This document shows positions 1-8,552 of a stretch of 64,000 nucleotides of DNA, piece after piece. Position numbers and translations under genes: made by a program. Within the stretch, counting starts at the first letter, position 1. The number at the start of each line of letters is the position of its first letter. The notes below the pieces were generated by a model. It searched no databases. It was not told the origin of the DNA and was given only the letters and a program-made list of their open reading frames with translations. Source of the DNA: an uncultured Spirochaetota bacterium (GTDB lineage Bacteria; Spirochaetota; Brevinematia; Brevinematales; JAOACQ01); contig CAVYGN010000001.1 of the NCBI GenBank assembly GCA_963768055.1, forward strand, positions 1,376,001-1,440,000, read 5' to 3'.

Positions 1-234
1 TTCAGGGATCGGATATGTCACACCAGCACAGAGACATGAAGGTAAAGATAAGGCGATACTCCTGAAGAGAGCGGAAACTTATGCGGCTGCAAAAAGCAGA
101 CATCCTGAAAGATGGTCAGGAGAATCTAAAAAATGGGAACGGATAGAATCGGTATTTTTAAACCCGAGTAAGACTAACAAGGAATCGTTGGTTGCGGCGT
201 AAAATAAAAGCGACAACTCCCTTGACAAAAACCG
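1..234 (+). mobile_element. Right end of an IS3-family insertion sequence (second copy, cut by the window edge)
   Basis: 1-234 is identical by eye to 5711-5944, including the end of orfB and the right inverted repeat GCGACAACTCCCTTGACA plus AAAACCG; the sequences diverge at 235/5945. Confidence 0.95.
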
Positions 235-235
235 A

Positions 236-517
236 AATGTAGCAAATAGTAACACATATAAATATGACGATAAAGGAACAGAAATCGAAAACTCCGCCTA
301 TTCTGCAAATGGCGAATTGTCTTATAAAATAAAATATGAACCCACTTATGATGACAAGGAAAATGTGATTGAGCGTGACGATTATAATGCAGATGGCAGT
401 TTAGCGAATAAAACAAAATTTAAATACGATGATAATGGCAATGCAATTGAGGCAGCTACTTATGAAGCCGATAAGATGAAATATTTTACGAAATATAATT
501 ACACTTATTATAAATGA
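236..517 (+). pseudogene. C-terminal fragment of a YD/RHS-like repeat protein interrupted by the IS copy
   Basis: The frame is open from the IS edge (NVANSNTYKYDDKGTEIE...) through ORF 317..517, with repeated Y-D-D-x-G/E-N motifs and no proper start. Confidence 0.7.
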
Positions 518-622
518 GCTTTTTTGAGATATAAAACTCTTGAAATGGTTAATATACGGCCTTAAAATAAAATGGGTTAATGATTAAATATAGACAAGGC
601 ATTAAAACCGGCCTGTAATTGA

Positions 623-645
623 CCCGCCTGGAGCTGTCCAGCGGG
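623..645. other. GC-rich stem-loop (candidate origin, nick or packaging site, or terminator)
   Basis: CCCGCCTGGA-GCTG-TCCAGCGGG, 9 bp with one bulge, in AT-rich context. Confidence 0.45.
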
Positions 646-709
646 ATCGCGCATGCTTAAAAAATTCTCCCTTTTATAGACTCCAAAAACTCCGTTAATA
701 CCCCGAATG

Positions 710-851
710 TTTTATGTTACTTTTAGCAAGGTTTCTGGAGTTTTGCAAGAGGTTTAGAAAGGTTTTACTATGGTTTTCCACAGTTTATTTGAGCTTTAAT
801 GAGCTTTTTCAAAGTTTATTAATGCTTTCCCCCTGCTTTGTGTTTGCTTTT
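710..851. repeat. Array of 14 helically phased T-tracts (predicted intrinsically curved DNA)
   Basis: T3-5 runs start at about 710, 721, 732, 741, 753, 763, 774, 784, 795, 805, 815, 826, 837 and 848; mean spacing about 10.6 bp. Confidence 0.75.
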
Positions 852-871
852 CTCTTTTTTGTTTATAAGAT

Positions 872-1330
872 TTATGAGCCTTCCGGCGTTTTCCCGGCCA
901 TTATTCTAAAATTATTAATACCCGTTAATATTTCCCTTGTTCTTTTTTCAGCTTCCCCATCCCCTTTTATTTTTTCCTCAAAAAAGTCCCAAAACTCTTT
1001 TTCTAAGTCTTCTTTTGACATATCAGAATATTTATTTTTATTTTCAATGGTTATACTTTCCGGGGCGCGTCCTAACAGCCTATCAGTAATAACAGAAATT
1101 TGACCTTTTTGCATTACATCAATTAATGACTTTTCCAGTAGTAAAGTTTCCGGGTCAATTTTCATTGATTCCGCTTGTTTAATTGTCAGGCCAATTACTT
1201 TATTAAAGGCTTCGATTATTTCAGATGTTTCAAATTCTTTAACAGCCCTGAGTGTCTTTGACAGACGGGGCCGTCCGGCTTTATTTATATCCTGGGGGCG
1301 CTTATCAAGTCCATTTGTCGGTTTTCTCAT
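872..1330 (-). CDS. DUF5681-like / phage small terminase-like protein (paralogue 2)
   Basis: N-terminal RPQDINKAGRP, central ITDRLLGRAPE and C-terminal YSDMSKEDLE motifs; AGAGG RBS; clear paralogue of 1379..1771. Confidence 0.6.
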   Translation of the reverse strand: MRKPTNGLDKRPQDINKAGRPRLSKTLRAVKEFETSEIIEAFNKVIGLTIKQAESMKIDPETLLLEKSLIDVMQKGQISVITDRLLGRAPESITIENKNKYSDMSKEDLEKEFWDFFEEKIKGDGEAEKRTREILTGINNFRIMAGKTPEGS

Positions 1331-1378
1331 AGTTTTTTACCTCTTAAATCTTTGTTTTTTCTTTGTAAAAACAATGAA

Positions 1379-1771
1379 TTAAAATCTTTTGACTGTTATT
1401 TTCTGGAGACATTCATAATAGATTTTCTTTATTTCTTCTTCACTCATTCCTGTAGTGTCAATTATTTCAACATCGTCAGCAGTATTTAAATTGACCGTTT
1501 CCGGGCATTTGCCTAAAATCCTATCAATGACCGGCTCAAATCTTCCGATTAACATATTTTTTATTATTGCATATTCAACTAAGGTACAGGAAGAATTTTC
1601 GATCCATTCTTTAGCCTCGAAAACTTTCATTGATACTATTTTTGAAAATGTCAGTAATATTTCTTGTGTTGAATATTCCTTTATTGCCTTAATTTCTTTT
1701 GAGAGCGGTGGTCTGCCTTTTCTATTAATGTTTTCTGGCCTGTTTTGAAATTGTCCATTTTCTTTACTCAT
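1379..1771 (-). CDS. DUF5681-like / phage small terminase-like protein (paralogue 1)
   Basis: RPENINRKGRP, VIDRILGKCPE and GMSEEEI motifs resemble TerS-like proteins. Confidence 0.6.
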   Translation of the reverse strand: MSKENGQFQNRPENINRKGRPPLSKEIKAIKEYSTQEILLTFSKIVSMKVFEAKEWIENSSCTLVEYAIIKNMLIGRFEPVIDRILGKCPETVNLNTADDVEIIDTTGMSEEEIKKIYYECLQKITVKRF

Positions 1772-1820
1772 ATTAAATTACCTTAATTTTATATTCAAAA
1801 AGTCCTGTTTTTGTCCAGTT

Positions 1821-2732
1821 CTAAAGGTTGTTGCAAACTGATTGATTAACTTTATCATTAAGCTCATGAATGATTTCCGATGCTTCTGTAAAATTATCAT
1901 TATTCGATAGTGATAATATTTTCTGCCTCAGTTTGTAAATATATTGTCTTGAATATTGTTTTCTATAGGGTTCAATCATTTTATTAACTTCCTGAAAACC
2001 TCCTATTGATTGAATACCAATCAATGCCAATTGATTAATAAAATTTTTTATATCTTCCATAGCTACCTCCGGGTTAATTATAATCCTTTTAATTTTTGGA
2101 ATCCGATTATAATAATCTTTCCAAAGATTAATTGCTCTGTTAAAAAAAGATTCTGAATAAAGATTTTCGGCTTTTACTTCGGGCATTTGCATAGCTTTTT
2201 TTACTCTCCCGTGTAACTGTAACTCATATCTTAAAAGATTATGACCTTGATATTTTTCTGGAATACCTTGATTTTTGTCTATCATTTCAGCGGTTTTATC
2301 ATATAGCTTTATGCCTTTATTTTTTTGAGTATAATACTTTGATTGATTCATTACAGTTGTCGTTTTAAAATAACTCATATTATCACTTAAAAAATATAGA
2401 TACTTGCTTACAGGATAATCCATAATAAATGTTTTTGCTGTTTCAAAGCCATAAACATGAAATTTCTTAACTTCGATTGATAGTTCATCACTTATTTTTT
2501 CGATAGCTCTTTGTGTGTCCTGCCGGGTAAATGGTTCAATATTATTGCCATGCAGATGTTTTGCTAAACTTCCGTTAATAGAAATTTTATAAGCATCTTG
2601 CCATACTTTCAAATTTCCGATATTACCTTTAAAAAATGGAAATCCGGCTTCATTAAATGTTTGTGTTAGTTCTGATAATCTATTTTGAACCGGTTCATTA
2701 GTGTACAATCTCATAAAGACTGAATCATACAT
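1821..2732 (-). CDS. Phage/plasmid replication protein, gene II/X-like (rolling-circle initiator-like)
   Basis: Motifs GSLAKHLHGNN, LYDK and NLLRYE; probable start MYDSVF at 2732 with AGAGG RBS. Confidence 0.7.
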   Translation of the reverse strand: MYDSVFMRLYTNEPVQNRLSELTQTFNEAGFPFFKGNIGNLKVWQDAYKISINGSLAKHLHGNNIEPFTRQDTQRAIEKISDELSIEVKKFHVYGFETAKTFIMDYPVSKYLYFLSDNMSYFKTTTVMNQSKYYTQKNKGIKLYDKTAEMIDKNQGIPEKYQGHNLLRYELQLHGRVKKAMQMPEVKAENLYSESFFNRAINLWKDYYNRIPKIKRIIINPEVAMEDIKNFINQLALIGIQSIGGFQEVNKMIEPYRKQYSRQYIYKLRQKILSLSNNDNFTEASEIIHELNDKVNQSVCNNL

Positions 2733-2778
2733 TTTAACCTCTAAAATGTAACCAAAAACAGTTACAAGATACACTTTA

Positions 2779-3222
2779 TTAATTAAGCATTTTAATCTTT
2801 ATAGCCGTCCGTTTTAAATCCCGAATTTCATTTTCAAATTCACCGTCAATAAAAAGATTAAACAAGGCTATAACATTTTTCTTTTTCCCTTTGGCAATGA
2901 AAAGCTCAATTTCGTTTTCTTGAATAATCATAAGCAGTGCGTCCATTGTATCCCGGCAATCGCCATAACCAAAATCAGGCTTATTTAAATTAGGGATGTA
3001 AATGCTTGAAATATTATTTCCGGCCTGAGTTATTGTTTTATCTGATTTTCTGAGCTTTTCTTTTACACAATAAGAATCGTTTAAGTAGATAACAATATCA
3101 GGCGATCTCTTTAGGGGTTTATGTAAAGGTTCATATTCATTACAATATTCGATTAAATCAAGCCTTGTTTTGCTTTCAATTCCCGGTAGTTTTTTAAAGT
3201 GGTAATATGAATCTAAAATCAT
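2779..3222 (-). CDS. Hypothetical protein of the integrated element
   Basis: 147-aa ORF translationally coupled (ATGA overlap) to the upstream HTH gene. Confidence 0.75.
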   Translation of the reverse strand: MILDSYYHFKKLPGIESKTRLDLIEYCNEYEPLHKPLKRSPDIVIYLNDSYCVKEKLRKSDKTITQAGNNISSIYIPNLNKPDFGYGDCRDTMDALLMIIQENEIELFIAKGKKKNVIALFNLFIDGEFENEIRDLKRTAIKIKMLN

Positions 3223-3509
3223 AAAACAGCCTCATTTTTGGTAATGTGGTCAATTGCTTTCTCGTTAATATTTTGGTTTGATTCTATCCGATTCCTTAAT
3301 AGCCAGGTGTCTAAGTCCTGTTTAGTAAAATAAATCATTTTACCGTTTGGTTTGTAGTGGGGTATATCACCTTTAAATGTAAGTTTATACATATAGCTTT
3401 TACTTAATCCGGTGTATTGACAGGCTTCGAGGAAAGTTAAAGGTTTCTCTTTTTGGTCTTTAAGAATATTTTCGATCCGGGTAAGTTGGTCTTGAATTTG
3501 TTTTTCCAT
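3219..3509 (-). CDS. Excisionase-like helix-turn-helix DNA-binding protein (HTH_17)
   Basis: LTFLEACQYTGLSKSYMYKLT...IPHYKPNGKMIYF...LDTWL is a typical xis-family signature; likely start MEKQIQ at 3509. Confidence 0.9.
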   Translation of the reverse strand: MEKQIQDQLTRIENILKDQKEKPLTFLEACQYTGLSKSYMYKLTFKGDIPHYKPNGKMIYFTKQDLDTWLLRNRIESNQNINEKAIDHITKNEAVL

Positions 3510-4395
3510 TTTACATTTCTCCAATGAACAAATTTAAATAGATAATAAAGTCTATTCATTGGATATATTGTAAAAAATAAATTAGGTTTTGTAATACGTT
3601 ATGAAGTCGTTAATTAGTCGTTATTTTCAACTGAAAATTCATCAACTTCTTGAATCATATCATTTATGGGTTTAAAAGAAGGGTCTTTTCGTATTTCTTT
3701 TGTCGTGAAAGTTTTACCTGTAGAATCGTTTCTGTCAACTGTAAGCTTTGATCGTATTCTTGACATTATCGAAGTAAGATCATTTATTTCATATTCTTTG
3801 TTTTTATCTCTATCATAAAAAACTTTTACAATAAAAGAGCATATATGTTTTAAATCACTTTCTTCTATTTTCCCCATTTCTTTTAATCTAATAAACATAA
3901 ACAAAAGTTGATCTATTTTTCCATACCAATTGAGCTTTCTTATTTTTTCCGGAATATCAGTTTCTTGATCTATATTATTGTATGGATTAACACTTTTTTG
4001 ACTGTTCAATAAAGCATTAATTCTTTCTATTTCAATTTCAGTTCTGTTAATCGAGTTCTGAAAATACGTTAATTCCAATTTAATGCTTTCGAGAGTTTCT
4101 TGGGGCACATCCCAAAGTAATAGTAATTCGTTGTCTGTTTTAGCATGTTTAAGCATAGGTAAAATTTCTTTGAAAAATATCAATTTATCTTCATTTTTAG
4201 TGAATAATTTATCAGACATTTTTTTTAGTTTATCAAAATCATTTGTTAATCGGATATGTTCTAATTTTTCGACTTGATCTCCAAAATATTCTAACATCGT
4301 GCCTTGATATTCAAAAGAGTTTAAATTTCCTAATGGTCTTTTGGCATTCCCCGTGTGTTAGGATAGTTGTCGCCTAAAATATTAGGAGACAAAAA

Positions 4396-4878
4396 ATGAA
4401 TAGTCAAATTCGTTCAGAGGAATTCAGGAAATCTATCGTTCAAAAGATGTGTATGCCAGGAGGAAAAACAGTATCTGAACTGAGCCAGGAAATAGGAGTA
4501 TGTGAACAAACCCTTTACAACTGGAGGAAAATGATCCAGAATAATGTATCCAGAGGATTCCAGGATAGAAGCCCGAGAGGCTGGAAATTATCTGATAAAT
4601 ATCAGGCGGTAGTAGACGCAGCAAGCCAATCGGGAGAAGAGTTAGGACAGTGGTTGAGAAAAAATGGTCTCCAGTCGACTCATATCGAACTCTGGAAACA
4701 GGAGTGTTTATCAGTGATATCTAATAACTCATACAGAGAAGAAAACAAGGGTTTGAAAGCAAAAATCATAGAGTTAGAAAAAGAAATTAACCGTAAGGAT
4801 AAAACTATAGCCGAGGTTACTTCTCTGCTGGTGCTTAAAAAAAAACTGAACAAGCTGTTCGGGATCGAGGAAGATTAA
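4396..4878 (+). CDS. IS3-family transposase OrfA (HTH)
   Basis: RSEEFRKSIV..., HTH with QTLYNW, coiled coil and terminal LVLKKK slippery region. Confidence 0.9.
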   Translation: MNSQIRSEEFRKSIVQKMCMPGGKTVSELSQEIGVCEQTLYNWRKMIQNNVSRGFQDRSPRGWKLSDKYQAVVDAASQSGEELGQWLRKNGLQSTHIELWKQECLSVISNNSYREENKGLKAKIIELEKEINRKDKTIAEVTSLLVLKKKLNKLFGIEED

Positions 4879-5912
4879 CTCCATTGGATATACGCATAGA
4901 TATCTGTGCCTTGATTAATGAGGCTGTTACGACAGGGGCCAGCAGGGATAAGGCTTGTGAAGAATCTGGCTATGATATAAGGACCATACAGCGCTGGAAT
5001 AAAAATCTTGAGGGAGACAGAAGAAAATTGAGAAATGTAATGCCTTCAAATGCCCTGTCGGCCGAAGAAAGGGAGGAGATCATCTCCTGCTGTTGCAGCG
5101 AGAGATTTAGAGATATGACGCCGAATGAAATAGTGCCCATGCTGGCAGAGGAAGGTCGGTATATAGCATCAGAATCATCTTTTTACCGCGTTTTAAAGGA
5201 CAATGATTTGCTGCACCATAGATACGAAACGAAGCCGAAAACGGCAAGGAAAACGCCAAGAGAACTGGAAGCGACGGGTCCTAATCAGGTATGGAGTTGG
5301 GATATTACATATATATCCAGTCATATAAAAGGTAAGTATTTCTACCTCTATATGATCGAAGATGTCTGGAGCCGTAAGATAGTCGGCTGGAAAATGCACG
5401 AGGAGGAAAGCTCTGATCATGCCGCAAGAATGGTGGCAGAGATCGGAGAAACCATTGATTTGAAAGGCTTGTATTTACATTCTGATAATGGTTCTCCTAT
5501 GAAAGGGGCTACGATGTTAGCGACCTTGCAGAGGTTACAGGTTATGCCGTCGTTTTCAAGGCCGAGTGTAAGTAACGATAACCCTTACTCAGAATCATTG
5601 TTTAAAACATTGAAATATAATGTGAAATACCCAGGCAATTTCGAGACAATGGAATCGGTAGAAATATGGATGCAAAATTTTGTAGACTGGTATAATAATA
5701 AACATCTTCATTCAGGGATCGGATATGTCACACCAGCACAGAGACATGAAGGTAAAGATAAGGCGATACTCCTGAAGAGAGCGGAAACTTATGCGGCTGC
5801 AAAAAGCAGACATCCTGAAAGATGGTCAGGAGAATCTAAAAAATGGGAACGGATAGAATCGGTATTTTTAAACCCGAGTAAGACTAACAAGGAATCGTTG
5901 GTTGCGGCGTAA
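4839..5912 (+). CDS. IS3-family transposase OrfB (DDE/rve core), likely fused to OrfA by a -1 frameshift at A9 (4837-4845)
   Basis: PNQVWSWDITY, HSDNGSPM and DNPYSESLFKTLK motifs; the -1 frame is open from 4839, inside the A9 run. Confidence 0.92.
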   Translation, partial: KKTEQAVRDRGRLTPLDIRIDICALINEAVTTGASRDKACEESGYDIRTIQRWNKNLEGDRRKLRNVMPSNALSAEEREEIISCCCSERFRDMTPNEIVPMLAEEGRYIASESSFYRVLKDNDLLHHRYETKPKTARKTPRELEATGPNQVWSWDITYISSHIKGKYFYLYMIEDVWSRKIVGWKMHEEESSDHAARMVAEIGETIDLKGLYLHSDNGSPMKGATMLATLQRLQVMPSFSRPSVSNDNPYSESLFKTLKYNVKYPGNFETMESVEIWMQNFVDWYNNKHLHSGIGYVTPAQRHEGKDKAILLKRAETYAAAKSRHPERWSGESKKWERIESVFLNPSKTNKESLVAA

Positions 5913-6117
5913 AATAAAAGCGACAACTCCCTTGACAAAAACCGCATTGGGTATCATTTATGAAACCTCTTTTTGATCTTTGCTTTTTTATGTTTTTTCT
6001 TTTCCCTTTTTTGTTTTGGTCATTCTGGGCGGCTTTATCAATGTCCGATTAATAAATCACTATAAAGCGATATTCAAAAGCTCATAGCAGGGCAAAACGA
6101 CATTAAATTAACCTTTT

Positions 6118-7167
6118 TTAAGCCTGTTTTGTATCAAGTTCAATTTCTGGAATCAGGTTGACTGCCTCTCTCAATTTTTCATTAACGATCTTTGCATAAA
6201 TTTGAGTAGTTGAAAGGTCTCTATGCCCCAATAGTTTTGATACAGTATAAAGGTCAACTCCATTACTAAGGGCAACGGTAGCAAAACTATGACGGGCTGT
6301 GTGAAATGTTACCGCTTTTTCTATTCCGGCATTTTTAACCCATCTCTTTAATTGCTGTCTGATTGTTTCGGACTGTTTTAATTCAAAAATCTTGTCATCT
6401 TTATTTATGTGGACTATATTAGAATCCTTATTTTCCAGGATTTTCAAAGCCATATCTGAAAGGGGTAAATATTCAATTCGTTTAGTTTTTTTCTGCCTGA
6501 ATTGAATCTTATCACCCTGAATATCGGAGTAGGTTAAATTTCTTACATCGCTGATTCTAAGTCCGGTATAGCAGGAAAACAGGAAAGCCTTTTTTGTTTC
6601 CTGATCGATACAGTTTGCTTTTGCCATTTGTTGAATTTCATCAAGGGTTAAGTAACTCTTTTCAACTTCCGTCATTTTTATCCTGCCGATATATTTACAA
6701 GGATTTTCTGCAATGAGCTTTTCTTTGACCGCTTTATTCAGGGCATTGTTAATATAAATAAAATAGTTTCCGGCAGTGTTCTTCGATACCCTTGTCAATA
6801 AATAATTTTGAAACGATATAAGCCAGTTTTCATTAATGGCATTTATCTTGATACCGTTTGAAAAGGCTTTCAGATGATTTAAGACATTTTTCCAATGACA
6901 GCTTTTGCCCGTTATTTGTTGAAAGTAAGTAATAAAATTTGTCTTACTCTTAAAAGCCGGGATCATGCCATATTGATTATTATTAAGTTCAATTTCTCTT
7001 TTGGCTCTGATCGAATCGGCAAGCCTCATATTTTCTTTATTGACTTCTCTGTCTTTGTCCAGGTATAAATTTAGGAACTCATATTTTCTTTGGCCGTTAT
7101 AGTAAATATCAAGGTAAAGAGAAATTCTGTTATCATTGAGCTTTTTTTCTCGGAGTTTAACACTCAT
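6118..7167 (-). CDS. Tyrosine recombinase / site-specific integrase with N-terminal arm-binding and SAM-like domains
   Basis: TGLRISD (R), FHTARHSFAT (HxxR) and LLGHRDLSTTQIYA (H, Y) motifs; N-terminal SLYLDIYYNGQRKYEFL. Confidence 0.95.
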   Translation of the reverse strand: MSVKLREKKLNDNRISLYLDIYYNGQRKYEFLNLYLDKDREVNKENMRLADSIRAKREIELNNNQYGMIPAFKSKTNFITYFQQITGKSCHWKNVLNHLKAFSNGIKINAINENWLISFQNYLLTRVSKNTAGNYFIYINNALNKAVKEKLIAENPCKYIGRIKMTEVEKSYLTLDEIQQMAKANCIDQETKKAFLFSCYTGLRISDVRNLTYSDIQGDKIQFRQKKTKRIEYLPLSDMALKILENKDSNIVHINKDDKIFELKQSETIRQQLKRWVKNAGIEKAVTFHTARHSFATVALSNGVDLYTVSKLLGHRDLSTTQIYAKIVNEKLREAVNLIPEIELDTKQA

Positions 7168-7400
7168 TTTATTACCTCGTTTTTGTTACTTTGTTTCTCG
7201 AATCTTGTAGTAACATTATAGTAACAAAATATGAGAAAATCAAGGAAAATATCAGAAAGAATAATATTGATTATTTCATTGTAATTATATGATATATATT
7301 GCTTTTGATTTCTTATTTTTTCTTGTGTTTTATGGCATGAAAAAATTGCCACAATGAATGCTAAGATTCCTGTAATAGCGGATATCATTTCCCAATTCAT
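7164..7400 (-). CDS. Small ORF with N-terminal hydrophobic segment, possibly a host gene truncated by the island
   Basis: Strong GGAGG RBS before the ATG; the 3' half runs through the repeat-rich DNA upstream of int. Confidence 0.35.
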   Translation of the reverse strand: MNWEMISAITGILAFIVAIFSCHKTQEKIRNQKQYISYNYNEIINIILSDIFLDFLIFCYYNVTTRFEKQSNKNEVIK

Positions 7401-7482
7401 AAATTACCTCCAATGTTGTATATAAATATATAATAAGTTCCTTTAATATTTAAAATTAAAAAATAAATCGTTTTTAATATTT

Positions 7483-7531
7483 TATGGATTTCACAGAATA
7501 TATCAGTGTAATCTGTGTCATCTGTGGTTAC
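7483..7531. repeat. Short inverted 9-mer-type repeat element (CACAGA / TCTGTG family)
   Basis: GGATTTCACAGA...AATCTGTGTCATCTGTGGTT; related copies at 37039-37172 and 58062-58211. Confidence 0.55.
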
Positions 7532-7536
7532 AACAC

Positions 7537-7995
7537 CTACATTACAAGGTCTATGATAAGCCCTTTAATGCCGTTAATAAGTTTAAGGTAGGAAAGCCTG
7601 TTCTTCTCGTTTGAAAGGATCATCCGGGCCAGGTCCGAAAGCTTTTCATCGATAGATTCAACCGTTTTATAGAGATTCTGTTTTGTAAAACCTTTTCTTG
7701 AAACAGTTTCACGAACTTCAAGGTTTTCCATTAGAGCCGAGATAAAAGATTTAATATGCTTTTTATAAACATTAAAATTTTCAGGCGTGGGATTTCGAGA
7801 CAAATTCTCACCGAATTCCGAAATGAGTTCGGCCATTTTCCTGAAATCGTCGAAACCGGTATAATCGAATTCAGCCTCGATTTCTTCGCCTGATGAGAGT
7901 TTAAGGCTGTCGGAAAACCCCTCATCCTGTTTGACAACTGAAGAGTCTTTTTTCAGGGAATGCCTGGCCGGAGTATGCCCCGATTCTATCCTCAC
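7537..7995 (-). CDS. YaaR / DUF327 family protein
   Basis: ISEFGENLSRNPT...YKKHIKSFI...IKGLIIDL pattern. Confidence 0.8.
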   Translation of the reverse strand: MRIESGHTPARHSLKKDSSVVKQDEGFSDSLKLSSGEEIEAEFDYTGFDDFRKMAELISEFGENLSRNPTPENFNVYKKHIKSFISALMENLEVRETVSRKGFTKQNLYKTVESIDEKLSDLARMILSNEKNRLSYLKLINGIKGLIIDLVM

Positions 7996-8372
7996 GGGTT
8001 AACCTCACCCTGGTTCCGGATTGTCACCGAACTTGAATCTGTTTCCCATAGCCTGATTTCATACAGCTCGTAATTTTCGCCGTGCAGAGGGTTTTCAAGG
8101 GTTTTCCAGATCCAGCCCGCGATGTTTTCAGCGGTCGAAAGCTTTACAGTATCGTTTAAAAATGAATGATCGAGCTTATCTATCACCAGTTCCATGACCC
8201 TCGCTTTAAGAAAACCGAAATCCATCAGCATTCCTGTTTCCGTATCAGACTGGCCTGACAAAGTAACGAGAAGCCTGTAAGAATGGCCATGGAGCTTTTC
8301 GCATTTTCCCCTGTAATTGATGAGGTTATGCGCTGCGTCGAATTTGAACTCCTGGGATAAAAAAAGCTTCAT
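7992..8372 (-). CDS. queD: 6-carboxy-5,6,7,8-tetrahydropterin synthase
   Basis: FDAAH, CEKLHGHSY, LDHSFLN, STAENIA and WET motifs; probable start MKLFL at 8372. Confidence 0.93.
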   Translation of the reverse strand: MKLFLSQEFKFDAAHNLINYRGKCEKLHGHSYRLLVTLSGQSDTETGMLMDFGFLKARVMELVIDKLDHSFLNDTVKLSTAENIAGWIWKTLENPLHGENYELYEIRLWETDSSSVTIRNQGEVNP

Positions 8373-8552
8373 AAAAATATGATAATTGCTGTATTTCATT
8401 TTGTCAAAAAGGAAGTGTCATAACAAAAACCGAAAAGTATTTGACTGCAAATTTCGAAAATTTTCTTCCCGGTTCTACAATCACCTAAACTAAAATCGAT
8501 CTAATTGCTAAAAACAGGTTTTCAAAATATAATATTCGCCTCAGAGGCGAAA

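Larger units (their letters stand above)
4349..5944 (+). mobile_element. Complete IS3-family insertion sequence, 1596 bp, with CATT target duplication
   Basis: Imperfect IRs TGTTAGGATAGTTGTCGC (4356-4373) and GCGACAACTCCCTTGACA (5920-5937); CATT at 4345-4348 and 5945-5948; orfA/orfB layout. Confidence 0.92.
3614..5957 (-). pseudogene. Hypothetical ~247-aa gene split near its start by the IS (3' remnant = ORF 3614..4297)
   Basis: Removing 4349-5948 restores MIPNAKRPLGNLNSFEYQGT-MLEYF... with ATG at 5955-5957 and an AGAGG RBS. Confidence 0.8.
1..7300 (-). mobile_element. Integrated element / genomic island (right part; left end outside the window, right boundary approximate)
   Basis: Co-oriented int, hypothetical, xis, hypothetical, rep and two TerS-like genes; visibly AT-richer than the flank; GTAACA/GAGAAA repeats at 7180-7240. 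Confidence 0.75.

Noticed and set aside
174..416. 80-aa minus-strand ORF
   Set aside because: Shadow of the YD-repeat fragment and the IS end.
714..1103. 129-aa + strand ORF
   Set aside because: Antisense to the TerS-like gene; its Phe/Leu-rich start is a by-product of the phased T-tracts; no RBS.
7333..7350. Second sigma-54-like motif TGGCAT...TTGCC
   Set aside because: Spacing is 7 rather than the required 5.
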